A stretch of 64,000 bases of DNA, taken from an uncultured Bacillota bacterium. Lineage in GTDB: Bacteria; Bacillota_I; Bacilli_A; RF39; UBA660. Under the pieces are notes generated by a model. That model saw only the letters and a program-made list of their open reading frames with translations. It was not told the DNA's origin and did no database searches. Both the position numbers and the translations under genes were made by a program. Shown one piece after another: positions 63,991-64,000 of the stretch (its first letter is position 1; the number at the start of each line of letters is the position of its first letter). Location of the stretch: contig CAUAFL010000001.1 of NCBI GenBank assembly GCA_958428295.1, positions 37,153-101,152 of the forward strand, given 5' to 3'.

Positions 63991-64000
63991 ATCGGTTATT

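Overview
This is low-GC Firmicutes chromosome from a spore former (whiA, cotJC-like, two cotF-like genes, a pdaA-like deacetylase, a SigH-like sigma factor). Most of the window is conserved housekeeping: clpC, cysS, mrnC, rlmB, a sigH-like gene, uvrA, lgt, trxB, yvcK, whiA, clpP, the str operon (rpsL-rpsG-fusA-tuf), a femAB-like gene, murD, eno, secG, rnr, smpB, tmRNA, nnr, cdaA-cdaR, ctpA and clpB. The main accessory feature begins right after the tmRNA gene (ssrA, 32412-32794) and runs to roughly 44.5 kb. Through that stretch there are at least four decayed direct copies of the tmRNA 3'-terminal segment, at about 38.9, 41.4, 43.35 and possibly 44.5 kb. I read this as a tandem array of islands or island remnants that integrated one after another at ssrA. 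The copy nearest ssrA is an intact-looking integrative mobilizable element. It carries a large serine recombinase, a MobV/Pre relaxase with an inverted-repeat-rich oriT candidate, and cargo (a GNAT acetyltransferase, a nitroreductase and a transglutaminase-like gene). The transglutaminase-like gene is inactivated by a TAA at a conserved Tyr codon. Two segments of the array each begin with a paralogous ~91-aa CxxC protein preceded by a homologous ~60-bp flank. One segment encodes two uncharacterized proteins (362 and 298 aa); the 362-aa protein carries a possible nucleotidyltransferase-like motif (S-G-x11-D-F-D). Other points of interest are a CIRCE (HrcA) operator over the promoter of a ClpB that lacks its N-domain, a camelysin/TasA-type protein with a SipW-cognate signal peptide next to a sortase, a Cna-B-like surface protein ending in VPNTAS, a Cheo-box-like site at the uvrA promoter, and a tmRNA tag predicted to end in AMA. 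No CRISPR array or rRNA was seen. One tRNA-Thr(CGU) lies at 51344-51419.
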